DNA of 36,085 nt from Nanobdellota archaeon (GTDB taxonomy: Archaea > Nanobdellota > Nanobdellia > Pacearchaeales > UBA12030). Shown here piece by piece: positions 16,421 through 25,162 of the stretch. The translations under genes were made by a program, and so were the position numbers. The notes under the pieces are model-generated. The model saw nothing but the letters and a program-made list of their open reading frames with translations, searched no databases and was not told where the DNA came from. The first letter of the stretch is position 1, and each line of letters begins with the position of its first letter. The stretch spans positions 19,687 through 55,771 of the forward strand of contig DUFK01000027.1 of assembly GCA_013331945.1 (NCBI GenBank). Direction: 5' to 3'.

Positions 16421-17370
16421 ACTCTTTCTCTCCAATAATTGAGCAGGTCTCTAAGAGTCACATCGAACGGAATCTCCGGTTTCCACCCGGTTTTTTCTCT
16501 AAATTTAGTACAATCTCCAAGTAAAAGCGGGACATCGCTTGGCCTTAATCTATTCTCTTCTTGTTTTACCTCTATATTGGCATTGCTCATCTGTAAGAGC
16601 ATATTTAACATCTCATCAATCCTCCACGCCTTTCCAGCGCAAATGTTGTAAATTTCTCCATAATCACATTTCTCCACAGATAGCAAGTACGCCCTTACAA
16701 TATCTCTCACATCCGTCCAATCTCTTTTTGCCTCTAAACTACCAACATGAATTACGGGCTCTTTCTTTCCTTTCTCAATCTCTGCTATTTGCTTTGCAAA
16801 ATTTGATGTCGCAAAAACTTCTCCCCTTCTCGGCCCAGTGTGATTGAACGCCCTTGTAACAACTGTCTTTAGCCCGTAAGAATGATGATACTGCCTTGAA
16901 AGATTGTCTTGTGCTATCTTGCTGACTGCATAGGGGGATAAAGGTCTTAGAGGATTCGTCTCTTTTATAGGCACTTCATCTTCTTTAACTAGTCCATACT
17001 CCTCACTGCTTCCTGCCACTTGTATTATGGGATTAAGGTTGAGTTGCCTTACTGCTTCAAGGATGTTCAGATTTCCAACGATGTTCGTTGTTAATGTTTC
17101 TTCCGGAGCTGTAAAACTGTGTTGAACAAAGCTCTGTGATGCGAGGTGAAATATATAATCCGGCTCTATGGCCTTGATAGTCTTTCTAATAGAATTCGAA
17201 TCTCTGATATCTGCTTCATGGACCTTGACTTTGTCTTTTATGTGCACAATATTCTCATTTCTGCTTCTTGGCCTTTCGATACCATGCACTTCAAGCCCTT
17301 TTTCTAGCAGTAGCTCTGCAAGATGACTTCCGACGAAGCCAGTTATTCCGGTTATGAGCGCTCTTTTCAT
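16417..17370 (-). CDS. gmd: GDP-mannose 4,6-dehydratase family SDR (Gmd; Rmd-type reductase not excluded)
   Basis: MKRALITGITGFVGSHLAELLLEKGLEVHGI is colinear with the E. coli Gmd N-terminus. Also GSSEEYG, SPYAVSKIA (YxxxK), AFNHTGPRRGE, RDWTDVRD, GWKPEI. I start it at the ATG at 17370; the 37 extra residues in the ORF-track version (to 17481) precede the Rossmann fold and look like translated spacer. Confidence 0.8.
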   Translation of the reverse strand: MKRALITGITGFVGSHLAELLLEKGLEVHGIERPRSRNENIVHIKDKVKVHEADIRDSNSIRKTIKAIEPDYIFHLASQSFVQHSFTAPEETLTTNIVGNLNILEAVRQLNLNPIIQVAGSSEEYGLVKEDEVPIKETNPLRPLSPYAVSKIAQDNLSRQYHHSYGLKTVVTRAFNHTGPRRGEVFATSNFAKQIAEIEKGKKEPVIHVGSLEAKRDWTDVRDIVRAYLLSVEKCDYGEIYNICAGKAWRIDEMLNMLLQMSNANIEVKQEENRLRPSDVPLLLGDCTKFREKTGWKPEIPFDVTLRDLLNYWRERV

Positions 17371-17475
17371 TTTGTTTTTATTTCCAGACGCAGAATGAAC
17401 GCGTTCCTCCCCGCATAAACTTTTCCTTCGGCATTTGTTTGTGCACCTTTTCTCCACCTCTAAAGCGGAAGGAAA

Positions 17476-17495
17476 CCACACACTTTAGTGTGCGG
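17476..17495 (-). other. Stem-loop in the 154-bp spacer between the ColD-like gene and gmd
   Basis: The minus strand reads CCGCACAC-TAAA-GTGTGTGG, an 8-bp stem (one G-U pair) with a 4-nt loop, followed by TTTCCTTCCGCTTT. Possible attenuator, terminator or processing site. Confidence 0.3.
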
Positions 17496-17524
17496 AGGAT
17501 GTCATCCTTAAGTTCCAAACAATT

Positions 17525-18745
17525 TTAAACCTTTCCCAAAATCTCCCCAAAGGCCCCTATAACATAATCCAGGTCCTCTTGCGTCAAGTATTGATGACAA
17601 CCAATGTATAACGCATGTGCTCCAAGATATTCTGCGTTAGGAATCTTTCCTTCATACTCTTTTCTTAGATAAGAATAAACCGGCTGATGGAGCGGAATTG
17701 CCCCGAATAATGGCCTTGTTTCAATCCCCCTCGTCACAAGCTCCTCCCTCAACTTCTTTCTTGAGATCTTTGATTGGTCTTTTATAACAAAAGGATAGCC
17801 AAGGAAGCTTACATCTTCATTGTAAGTTGGCAGTTTCAGTATGTCAGAGAATTTTTCCATCCCCTCATTCAAGTATTTGACGTTTTCGAGCCTTCTCTTT
17901 ATTATCCAGTCGGCCTTCTTAATCTGCTCAACAGCTAGCGCAGCCTGAATCTCAGTTGTCTTGAAATTATATCCAGGAATGTCGTGATAGTACCGGGGAT
18001 GCTGGTCTATCTCGTGCTCTGTGTTATGGAATTTCTCCTTCTTCATAACAGCTTCTTCTTGTCCCTCTCTATCCCATGCTCTTCCATGCGCCTTTACCTT
18101 GTCGATAAACCTGACAAGTTCTAAATCATCAGTTGTCACAGCCCCGAGCTCACCGACCTGTATATTATGGGCGATAAAGAAAGAGAAGACACCAAAATCC
18201 GACAACGATCCGGTTCTTTTACCATTATATTTCGTACCATGAGCCTCGCATGAATCTTCTATGACTGCAAGCCCATATTTTTTTGCAATACTATTTATCT
18301 TATTCATATCGCAAGGGTACCCCATTAAATGCACTGGCATTATGGCCGAATAATCATCTACGTCCGCCTTCTCTAGGTATTCTTTTAAGCTTTCCGCGTT
18401 CAAGCTGAAGTCATCCATATTCACATCGACAAAGGCCGGCTGGTAATTTGTGAGCTTGATGGAATTTACAGTCGCAATAAAAGTTAGTGGAGAGGTTATG
18501 ACTTTAGACCATTCATTTGCCTTTGGGAAATGTTCACAATGCTTCATAGCTTCCAGTCCGGCAATGATTGCGGAGGTTCCAGAATTCATGGCTATACAAT
18601 ACTTTGTCCCAACATATCTTGCCCAGTCTGATTCAAACTGCTTTACTTGCGGACCTTCTGACAGCCAATTAGAATCCAGCACCCGGTTTATAGCAGATTT
18701 TTCAGCTTCACTAATTTTAACATCTCCAACTCTGACGTCTCTCAT
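17525..18745 (-). CDS. DegT/DnrJ/EryC1-family enzyme with His replacing the PLP lysine: ColD/E1-type NDP-4-keto-6-deoxyhexose 3-dehydratase candidate
   Basis: Family motifs LSEGPQVKQFE, AMNSGTSA, IEDSCEAHG, and FSFFIAHNIQVGELG, where aminotransferases have FSFxxxKxxxxGEGG. The His codon is CAT at 18167..18169. The ColD-like insertion AHGRAW...PGYNF is present. I prefer the ATG at 18745; the ORF-track start at 18796 is a TTG inside the promoter region. Confidence 0.7.
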   Translation of the reverse strand: MRDVRVGDVKISEAEKSAINRVLDSNWLSEGPQVKQFESDWARYVGTKYCIAMNSGTSAIIAGLEAMKHCEHFPKANEWSKVITSPLTFIATVNSIKLTNYQPAFVDVNMDDFSLNAESLKEYLEKADVDDYSAIMPVHLMGYPCDMNKINSIAKKYGLAVIEDSCEAHGTKYNGKRTGSLSDFGVFSFFIAHNIQVGELGAVTTDDLELVRFIDKVKAHGRAWDREGQEEAVMKKEKFHNTEHEIDQHPRYYHDIPGYNFKTTEIQAALAVEQIKKADWIIKRRLENVKYLNEGMEKFSDILKLPTYNEDVSFLGYPFVIKDQSKISRKKLREELVTRGIETRPLFGAIPLHQPVYSYLRKEYEGKIPNAEYLGAHALYIGCHQYLTQEDLDYVIGAFGEILGKV

Positions 18746-18794
18746 TTTTATATCCTTCTCTAAGAATTTATTAAAAAGGATAACTCTAGAAAAC

Positions 18795-18808
18795 AATTTA
18801 AAGGTTTC
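18795..18808 (-). promoter_or_regulatory. BRE/TATA-like box in the 78-bp divergent region between the ColD-like gene (-) and the GT9 gene (+)
   Basis: The minus strand reads GAAACCTTTAAATT, the same motif class as upstream of aglB. The same A/T core is centred about 25 nt upstream of the + strand ATG at 18824, so it may serve either or both directions. Confidence 0.4.
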
Positions 18809-18823
18809 TATTTTCCATTAAAA

Positions 18824-19891
18824 ATGGTTAAGTATAAACAACTCCTTAAGGGAATTCAGAGGAGAATTAGTTACTTGTTGTGGCTTGTTCTTGACCCAAG
18901 TAAATTTGTTAAAATCAAACACAAAAAGATAAAAAGGATTCTCGTAATCAATCTCGGATTTATAGGGGACCTGCTAGCTACAACACCTATGATATCTTCT
19001 CTGAAGAATAAATTCGATGTAGATATATCTGTGCTGGTAAATCATCAGATGGGGGAAGTTTTGCTTGGGAACAAAGATGTATCTCAAGTGATTACTTACA
19101 AAGGGAAGTTCTCAGATGACTTGGAGAGCCTAAGGCGAGAAAATTTCGACCTGGCTGTTATCGTATGGCCAGGCTCCCTGAAAGTTTCGCTTCTGTGCCT
19201 TCTTGCCAGAATCCCTTATAGGATAGGTACTACACAAACAGGTCTATTGGAGGGTAAGGGATATTTCCTGACTAGAAAGGTTTGGCCTTCGCTGATGGAA
19301 AAGCACAAGGTCCTGGAAAATTTGGATATCGCCGCTCTTGTAGGGGCAGAAACCAAGAATCCGTGTGTGGGCTTTTCCTTTTCGAAGGAAGATGAGAGAT
19401 TTGTTGAAAGATTCTTATTTAAGGAAAAGATTCGCGGGCCAATTGTGGTTATTCACGCAGGTAAAAGGGGGAAGTTCTATGTAGAATACTCATGGCCTCC
19501 GGAAAATTTTGCCAAGGTCGCAGATTTCTTGATTGATTCTTATGGAGCAAGCGTAATCCTCTCTGGCGGAAAAGGAGAAGAAGCGATAGCGGATAAAATC
19601 CGCAGCATGGTGCAGGAAAAGAACAAGAAGAGAGTACACATCGTCGCAGGAAAATTCAATCTTAGGCAGTTTGCGGCTCTCCTAAAAAGAAGCAAACTCT
19701 TGATAAGCATAGACACAGCAGCAGTTCATATCGCTTCAGCTTCTCATATAAAAGTACCCATGGTTATTCTGAATGTAAAGTATCCTGGAATCTGGCATCC
19801 TTATGTTCCAAGGAATAGGTATAAAATACTGAACAGGCCAACTATCCGCGGGGTCGAGGCGGCTGCCAGGGGTTTTTTAGACAAAAAATGA
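18824..19891 (+). CDS. GT9 family glycosyltransferase (LPS heptosyltransferase-like)
   Basis: N-terminal ILVINLGFIGDLLATTPMISSLK, IHAGKRG, GGKGEE, and the donor-site motif LLISIDTAAVHIASA. Confidence 0.75.
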   Translation: MVKYKQLLKGIQRRISYLLWLVLDPSKFVKIKHKKIKRILVINLGFIGDLLATTPMISSLKNKFDVDISVLVNHQMGEVLLGNKDVSQVITYKGKFSDDLESLRRENFDLAVIVWPGSLKVSLLCLLARIPYRIGTTQTGLLEGKGYFLTRKVWPSLMEKHKVLENLDIAALVGAETKNPCVGFSFSKEDERFVERFLFKEKIRGPIVVIHAGKRGKFYVEYSWPPENFAKVADFLIDSYGASVILSGGKGEEAIADKIRSMVQEKNKKRVHIVAGKFNLRQFAALLKRSKLLISIDTAAVHIASASHIKVPMVILNVKYPGIWHPYVPRNRYKILNRPTIRGVEAAARGFLDKK

Positions 19892-21030
19892 AAATAGTAT
19901 ATTTATGTGAATTCTCCGCAGGAGTGGATGGAGTCTGGAACAGGGTATACAACATAGCCAAGCATCTTGCCAAGCGGCATGAAGTTTTTGTGTTCTCTTC
20001 AGATATAATAAAAGGAAGCGAAGGAAAAGCGCCGGAATTTGAGATAAAGGATGGAATAAAGATCTATAGATTTCCTGTCTATTTCAGGCTCGGAGAGAAT
20101 GCTTTATGGTGGAATTATGAACCAAAGTTGCTCGAGATAAGGCCGGACATAGTCCACGCTCATGTTTTTCGGCATCCACACTCAACCTCTGCGCCAAAAG
20201 TTGCACGCAAGGTTGAAGCAAGAGTTTTCCTAACAACTCACGCGCCGTTTGTTGAGCACGAATTGCGAAGCAAGATCCTGAATTTTGCCGTCTCGTTGTA
20301 CGATCAAATACTTGCAAGAAAAGTTCTGAACTCTTATGAGAAAGTCATCGCTATAGCCAGATGGGAAATACCCAAGTTATTGGCTCTCGCTTGCAAAAAA
20401 GAGAAGATTGTCCATATACCGAATGGAATCCCAGAAGAATTTCTCAATCATACACCAAAGTTTTTGAGCAAGAAGAAAAAAACAGTCCTGTTTCTCGGCA
20501 GAATAGCTCCGATAAAGAATGTAGAACTTCTTTTACATGGGTTCAAGAATTTTCTTGATGCGAGAGGAGAGCTGGATAGAAATGGCGGCGGGGTGAGACT
20601 AAGACTAATTGGTCAGATGGAGAAAAGATACGACTCCATAATTTTAGGATTGATCAAGAAACTTGATCTTGAGGGGCATGTGGAACTGCCTGGCCCGATT
20701 TATGACTTGAAGAAGAAAATCCTTGAGGTGGAGAAAGCAGATATCTTTGTATTGACAAGCAAGAGAGAAGCCTCTCCACAAGCGCTTATCGAAGCCATGT
20801 CTCTTGGAAAGATAGTTCTGAGTTCAAATACCGCTGGTGCAAGGGAATTTATCCGAGATGGAGAGAACGGATTCATCTTCAAGGATCAGGAAGAATTTGA
20901 AAACAAACTCAGGTATGTTATAGGGAATTATTCAAAACTCTCTAAAATCTCCAAAAGTGCTAGGGAAAGCGTATCTAAACTGACTTGGGGAAGGCTCGCG
21001 GAGGAGGAAGAGAAGCTTTACAAAAAGTAA
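19888..21030 (+). CDS. GT4 (GT-B fold) glycosyltransferase
   Basis: REASPQALIEAMSLGKIVLSSNTAGAREFIRDGENGFIF (EX7E-type region). ATGA overlap with the upstream GT9 gene. Confidence 0.8.
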   Translation: MKIVYLCEFSAGVDGVWNRVYNIAKHLAKRHEVFVFSSDIIKGSEGKAPEFEIKDGIKIYRFPVYFRLGENALWWNYEPKLLEIRPDIVHAHVFRHPHSTSAPKVARKVEARVFLTTHAPFVEHELRSKILNFAVSLYDQILARKVLNSYEKVIAIARWEIPKLLALACKKEKIVHIPNGIPEEFLNHTPKFLSKKKKTVLFLGRIAPIKNVELLLHGFKNFLDARGELDRNGGGVRLRLIGQMEKRYDSIILGLIKKLDLEGHVELPGPIYDLKKKILEVEKADIFVLTSKREASPQALIEAMSLGKIVLSSNTAGAREFIRDGENGFIFKDQEEFENKLRYVIGNYSKLSKISKSARESVSKLTWGRLAEEEEKLYKK

Positions 21031-21047
21031 AAAGTCTTAAAAATATT
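21027..21047 (+). promoter_or_regulatory. Possible BRE/TATA-like box upstream of the GT9-GT2 fusion gene
   Basis: GTAAAAAGTCTTAAAAATATT lies about 40-45 nt upstream of the ATG at 21087. It resembles the aglB upstream box GAAAAGACTTTTAAATT. Confidence 0.3.
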
Positions 21048-21086
21048 GTTCTATTCAGCTTATCCAGCTCATTCGGCTCGTAGCTT

Positions 21087-23039
21087 ATGGGAATGAAAAC
21101 AAAAATATTACTAATAAAACTTGGCGCTCTTGGTGATGTCCTTAGGACGACTTCTCTTCTGCCAGCCATAAAAGACAAGTGGAAAGATTCTGAAGTCACC
21201 CTTGTTACAAAACAGGTGCAGGACATAATCCAATTCCTAGAAAATGTTCCCGGAATATTTAAGACGATATCCTCTGATTCCGACTCGATTGCACAGCTGG
21301 AGAAAGAGAAGTTCGACTTCGTCTTCAATCTAGATGAAGATGAAGAAGCTTGTTCTATCGCCTCGCGGATGAAATGTGGGGAGCTTAGAGGATTTTACTT
21401 CAAGGATGGAAGAATATCCTACACGAAATCCGCTAAAGAATGGTTTGACATGTCTGCCTTGGGGAAGAAAGAACCGAGAATCCGCGGCATGCCGCATAAC
21501 GATCATCTGAAGAAGAAAAATCGAAAGACTTACCAGCAGTTAATGTCCGAGATTATTGGTGTGAATCCTAGAAAATGTTCTCCCATCTATGTTTTAGATG
21601 AAGGCCAGAGGGCATTTGCAACTTCTTTTGTCAAGAGATACGACATTCAAACGAAGGATTTGATCGTGGGATTGAACACCGGCGCTGGTGGAAGATGGCC
21701 GGCGAAGAGCCTCAGCATCGAAAAGACCAGGAAGCTGATTGAAAAACTCCATTCTGTCCTTGGTGTAAAGATAATCTTGTTCGGGGGAAAGAGCGAGGCA
21801 GAAAGAAACAAAGAAATCCTCACAAAGTCCGGCGGGAAAGTTATAGATGCCGGCTGTGACAACACTCTTAAGGAATTTGCAGCATTAACAAGCCTTTGCC
21901 ACATCTTCGTGACTTCCGATTCTCTCGGGATGCATATCGCAATCTCACTCAAGAAGAAGGTTGTCGCATTCTTCGGTCCAACTTCTGCTTCAGAGATAGA
22001 ACTTTTCGGTCTTGACACGAAAATAATTTCCAAAAGCAGCTGTTATTGTTGTTACAAGCCAGATTGTAAAGCTGATAGAGAATACTCCCTAGAGGAAATA
22101 TTTTGGGCAACCAAAGGCCTCCTGGATTCCAGCCTCAAAGCCACCGCTACAATAATAGTAACTGCCTTCAAAGAGCCTCGTCTTGGGGAGACAATAAAAT
22201 CTATCCTTAAGCAAAAGATAGACTACGCTTATGAGCTCCTTGTAGTGGTCCCGGACAAGGAGTCTATAGGATTGGTTAAATCCTACTCTAAAAAATACAA
22301 ACAAGTTAAACTTTTCAAAGATCCTGGCAAGGGCAAGAGCTTTGCGTTAAACTTGCTCTTTAAGAAATTCAACAAAAAAGGCGGGGAGATCCTAATATTC
22401 ACCGATGGAGATGTAACCCTTGGAGAAAATTCAATCAACGAGATAATGCTTGCATTCCGCGATTCTTCTGTCGGCTGCGTCAGTGGCAGACCGGTATCTT
22501 CGAACAGCAAAAATAACAAATTCGGATTCTGGAGCCATCTTCTTACAGATGCGGGCGCGCATCAGATCAGGAAAGAGCTTGATACGCAGGGAGAATTTTT
22601 TGAATGCAGCGGATATCTATTTGGATTCAGGAATAATGGCCTCGTGGAGAAAATCCCATTAGACGTGGCAGAGGACGCGATAATCCCTTATTACTTCTGG
22701 AAAAAAGGGTATAGTATAAGATATGTTGACAGCGCTAGAGTGGTCGTAAAATATCCCGAAAATTTTGATGACTGGATAAAGCAGAGAAACAGGAGCGCTA
22801 AAGCACACGAATCACTGACGAAATACGCACCAGATTTCCCTAAGATAAAAAGCTTTAGGAACGAGGCCTCGCGGGTCTTTCAGGCAATTAAATATGCCAG
22901 GACACCGAAAGAGCTAAAATGGACTCTAGAGCTGATTTCCGCGCGCCTGTATATGTGGGGAAATGTCTTCTACGAAACACGTTTTAAGGGGAAGCATTAT
23001 CATGATGCCTGGGAGCGCATTGAATCAACAAAAGTTTAA
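21087..23039 (+). CDS. Bifunctional fusion: N-terminal GT9 (heptosyltransferase-like) plus C-terminal GT2 glycosyltransferase
   Basis: The GT9 part (about aa 1-345) has ILLIKLGALGDVLRTTSLLPAIK, LNTGAGGRWPAK, FVTSDSLGMHIAISL. The linker contains SCYCCYKPDC. The GT2 part (about aa 353-650) has TIIVTAFKEPRLGETIKSILKQ, FTDGDVTL (DxD), and VAEDAIIP. Confidence 0.75.
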   Translation: MGMKTKILLIKLGALGDVLRTTSLLPAIKDKWKDSEVTLVTKQVQDIIQFLENVPGIFKTISSDSDSIAQLEKEKFDFVFNLDEDEEACSIASRMKCGELRGFYFKDGRISYTKSAKEWFDMSALGKKEPRIRGMPHNDHLKKKNRKTYQQLMSEIIGVNPRKCSPIYVLDEGQRAFATSFVKRYDIQTKDLIVGLNTGAGGRWPAKSLSIEKTRKLIEKLHSVLGVKIILFGGKSEAERNKEILTKSGGKVIDAGCDNTLKEFAALTSLCHIFVTSDSLGMHIAISLKKKVVAFFGPTSASEIELFGLDTKIISKSSCYCCYKPDCKADREYSLEEIFWATKGLLDSSLKATATIIVTAFKEPRLGETIKSILKQKIDYAYELLVVVPDKESIGLVKSYSKKYKQVKLFKDPGKGKSFALNLLFKKFNKKGGEILIFTDGDVTLGENSINEIMLAFRDSSVGCVSGRPVSSNSKNNKFGFWSHLLTDAGAHQIRKELDTQGEFFECSGYLFGFRNNGLVEKIPLDVAEDAIIPYYFWKKGYSIRYVDSARVVVKYPENFDDWIKQRNRSAKAHESLTKYAPDFPKIKSFRNEASRVFQAIKYARTPKELKWTLELISARLYMWGNVFYETRFKGKHYHDAWERIESTKV

Positions 23040-23065
23040 AAGTATCCACGTCATTAATTAAAAAA

Positions 23066-24592
23066 ATGGAAGAAACAGAGAACCTGAAGGTAAATTGGGG
23101 GGTTATCGCTTTAGTGGTCGTGTTCCTACTCGCTGTAGCTGTAAGGCTTTACTTCTTCTCCGCATACAATAATCAGCCAGTATGGTGGGATGAGAGTGAG
23201 CATCTTGTGATGGCTAAACACATCGCATTTGAAACTCCGAAGACAGGATGGAATGAGTCAAGAGAAATTCTGCTTCCACTGATATTCTCATTTTTCTTTA
23301 AGATATTCAACAGCGAGGCAGCCGTCAGGTTCCTGCAGGTAATATTCTCCCTCCTCGCTGTTTTCTTAACTTATCTGGTCGGAAAAGAAATTTTTGACAG
23401 GAACATCGGCTTGATTGCTGCGCTTGGCATGGCTGTGTCCTCTGAATTGCTTTTTTGGACCTTCAGATTTGGATTAGAGCCGCTTGGCATAACTTTGTCT
23501 TTATCTACAATCTTATTTTTCTGGAAAGGGCACATCAAGAAAGGAAAGCCTTACTTTACAATACTTGCAGCAGTATTCGGAGCGTTGGCTTTCATGGCGA
23601 GCGCAAAAGAGGTCCTGATAATACTTGCAATTTTCTTCTCACTAATCCTCTCTGCTAACTTCAGGTTCCTGAAAGATAAAAAAATTTTAGTTGCCCTATT
23701 GATTGGATTTGTTCTCCTGACACCATATATGGCTTACTATAAAAGCGCTACTGGGAGCTTCCTTCCAAGAAGCACAGCAACAAGCGCAGCCCTAGGCGAA
23801 AGCCTTGCCAATAGTCAATGGAGTTGGGGAAATTTCTTATTCTTCATAAAATATATCCCCTCATACTTGCAACTTCCGTGGTTCATTCTATTCCTGATAG
23901 GATTAGTAATAGTTTTAATTAATCTGGTGCTTGGTCTGGATTTATCAATAAGGTCTAAAGATGAATCTTGGAAGGAGAGCGGAAAATATCTTCTCTTGGT
24001 ATTGTGGATACTGCTGCCTTTATTTTTCTTTAGTTATCCTCTCGGAATAGCTCCGGGGAACTACGGAGAGCCGAGATTTATGCTTGAGGCAATGCCAGCA
24101 ATCTTCTTTGTAATGGCGTTAGGATTGCAGAAAATACATGAATCCCTGGCAAAATATGGTAAAGGTATTGCGATAGCTTTCACAATTCTTGTGCTACTAC
24201 TCGGCGCTTTCTACCAGCTAAGACTTGCGGACGCATCACTTAAATCAAAGGAGACGTCATTCTTACAGGTCAAGCAGGCTGGCTTGTGGATTAAAGAGAA
24301 CTCCCAAGTGTCAGATTGGGTTATTGTGGCGAGCTCTCCACAAGTGACTTATTACTCTGAAAGGCAGACGCAGGGCCCTCCAGAATCAGAGGAAGAGTTT
24401 TTGAGATTTGTCCGTGAGAAGAAGCCGAAATTCATGGTGCTAAGTGCATTCGAACCACATCCTAACTGGTACTTAGAATGGCCAGCGTCTCATACTAGTG
24501 CTGTAAAACTCGTACAAGCTTACTCTGCTGGCCAGACAGGACAACAATCAGCAGTTCTTGTAATCTACGAGCTCACGAGCTACAGTCCTTAA
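23066..24592 (+). CDS. ArnT/PMT-like GT-C fold membrane glycosyltransferase (GT39/GT83-like)
   Basis: TM1 followed by VRLYFFSAYNNQPVWWDESEHLVMAKHI (acidic DE loop motif). About 11-12 further hydrophobic segments, then a roughly 120-aa soluble C-terminal domain. Confidence 0.7.
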   Translation: MEETENLKVNWGVIALVVVFLLAVAVRLYFFSAYNNQPVWWDESEHLVMAKHIAFETPKTGWNESREILLPLIFSFFFKIFNSEAAVRFLQVIFSLLAVFLTYLVGKEIFDRNIGLIAALGMAVSSELLFWTFRFGLEPLGITLSLSTILFFWKGHIKKGKPYFTILAAVFGALAFMASAKEVLIILAIFFSLILSANFRFLKDKKILVALLIGFVLLTPYMAYYKSATGSFLPRSTATSAALGESLANSQWSWGNFLFFIKYIPSYLQLPWFILFLIGLVIVLINLVLGLDLSIRSKDESWKESGKYLLLVLWILLPLFFFSYPLGIAPGNYGEPRFMLEAMPAIFFVMALGLQKIHESLAKYGKGIAIAFTILVLLLGAFYQLRLADASLKSKETSFLQVKQAGLWIKENSQVSDWVIVASSPQVTYYSERQTQGPPESEEEFLRFVREKKPKFMVLSAFEPHPNWYLEWPASHTSAVKLVQAYSAGQTGQQSAVLVIYELTSYSP

Positions 24593-24604
24593 TTTATTTA
24601 ACAA

Positions 24605-25162
24605 TCATTTGACCACACTCAGTTCATAATCTATGCCTGCAGCCGGAAACCAAAAGAAAAAGAATCTCTCATAAATTAAGGGAGAAGAATTTATCACTGG
24701 ATTAAATATAATGTTCAGAAGCTTATTCTGCGAAAATCCTATCCTTCTCTTCAGTATTCTAAACCTTGCCACACTGCCGAAATCTGTCCTGTAGCTGGCT
24801 TTCCTGGAGGGATTTACAGCATAATAATCAAAAGTTCTATAGCAAAAAACTCTCTTATGCGATGGGTCGGCAGCGTAGCTCCAGCTTACGTAGTATGGCG
24901 AATATACTTTAATCAAGGCTCCTGGCTTACTTATCCTCCAAATTTCACTTATCGCATCATTGAAGTTATCCAAATGCTCTAATATGTGGCTGCAGATTAT
25001 TTCACTGAAACTATTGTCTGGGAATGGCCACGGATACTTATCTAGGTTACACACAACATCAACTCCAGGTAGTTTAACAACATCTAGATTGGTATAGCCT
25101 TTTCTTATATCTGCTCCACAGCCTATATTCAATTTGTCGAACTTTGGTTTTTTGAAGTTCAT
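24605..25162 (-). CDS. Class I SAM-dependent methyltransferase (Methyltransf_11-like)
   Basis: LNIGCGADIRKGYTNLDV, IICSHILEHL, SKPGALIKV. It converges on the GT-C gene with only 12 bp between the stop codons. Confidence 0.75.
   Translation of the reverse strand: MNFKKPKFDKLNIGCGADIRKGYTNLDVVKLPGVDVVCNLDKYPWPFPDNSFSEIICSHILEHLDNFNDAISEIWRISKPGALIKVYSPYYVSWSYAADPSHKRVFCYRTFDYYAVNPSRKASYRTDFGSVARFRILKRRIGFSQNKLLNIIFNPVINSSPLIYERFFFFWFPAAGIDYELSVVK

Noticed and set aside
17371-17481. The 37-residue N-terminal extension of the Gmd-like ORF (MWFPSALEVEKRCTNKCRRKSLCGEERVHSASGNKNK).
   Set aside because: It precedes the Rossmann GxxGxxG motif, which normally lies within the first 10-15 residues, and has no family resemblance. 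The internal ATG at 17370 gives MKRALITGITGFVGS, colinear with known Gmd N-termini.
18746-18796. The longer ORF-track start for the ColD-like gene, and likewise 12920 for the toroid protein and 28068 for the GT9 gene.
   Set aside because: The starts at 18796 and 12920 are TTG codons. At 12935 the downstream ATG has better context (GGAGGG upstream). At 18745 the extension would translate the divergent promoter region. At 28068 the ATG would lie upstream of the transcription start predicted from the TATA-like box. These remain alternatives, not certainties.
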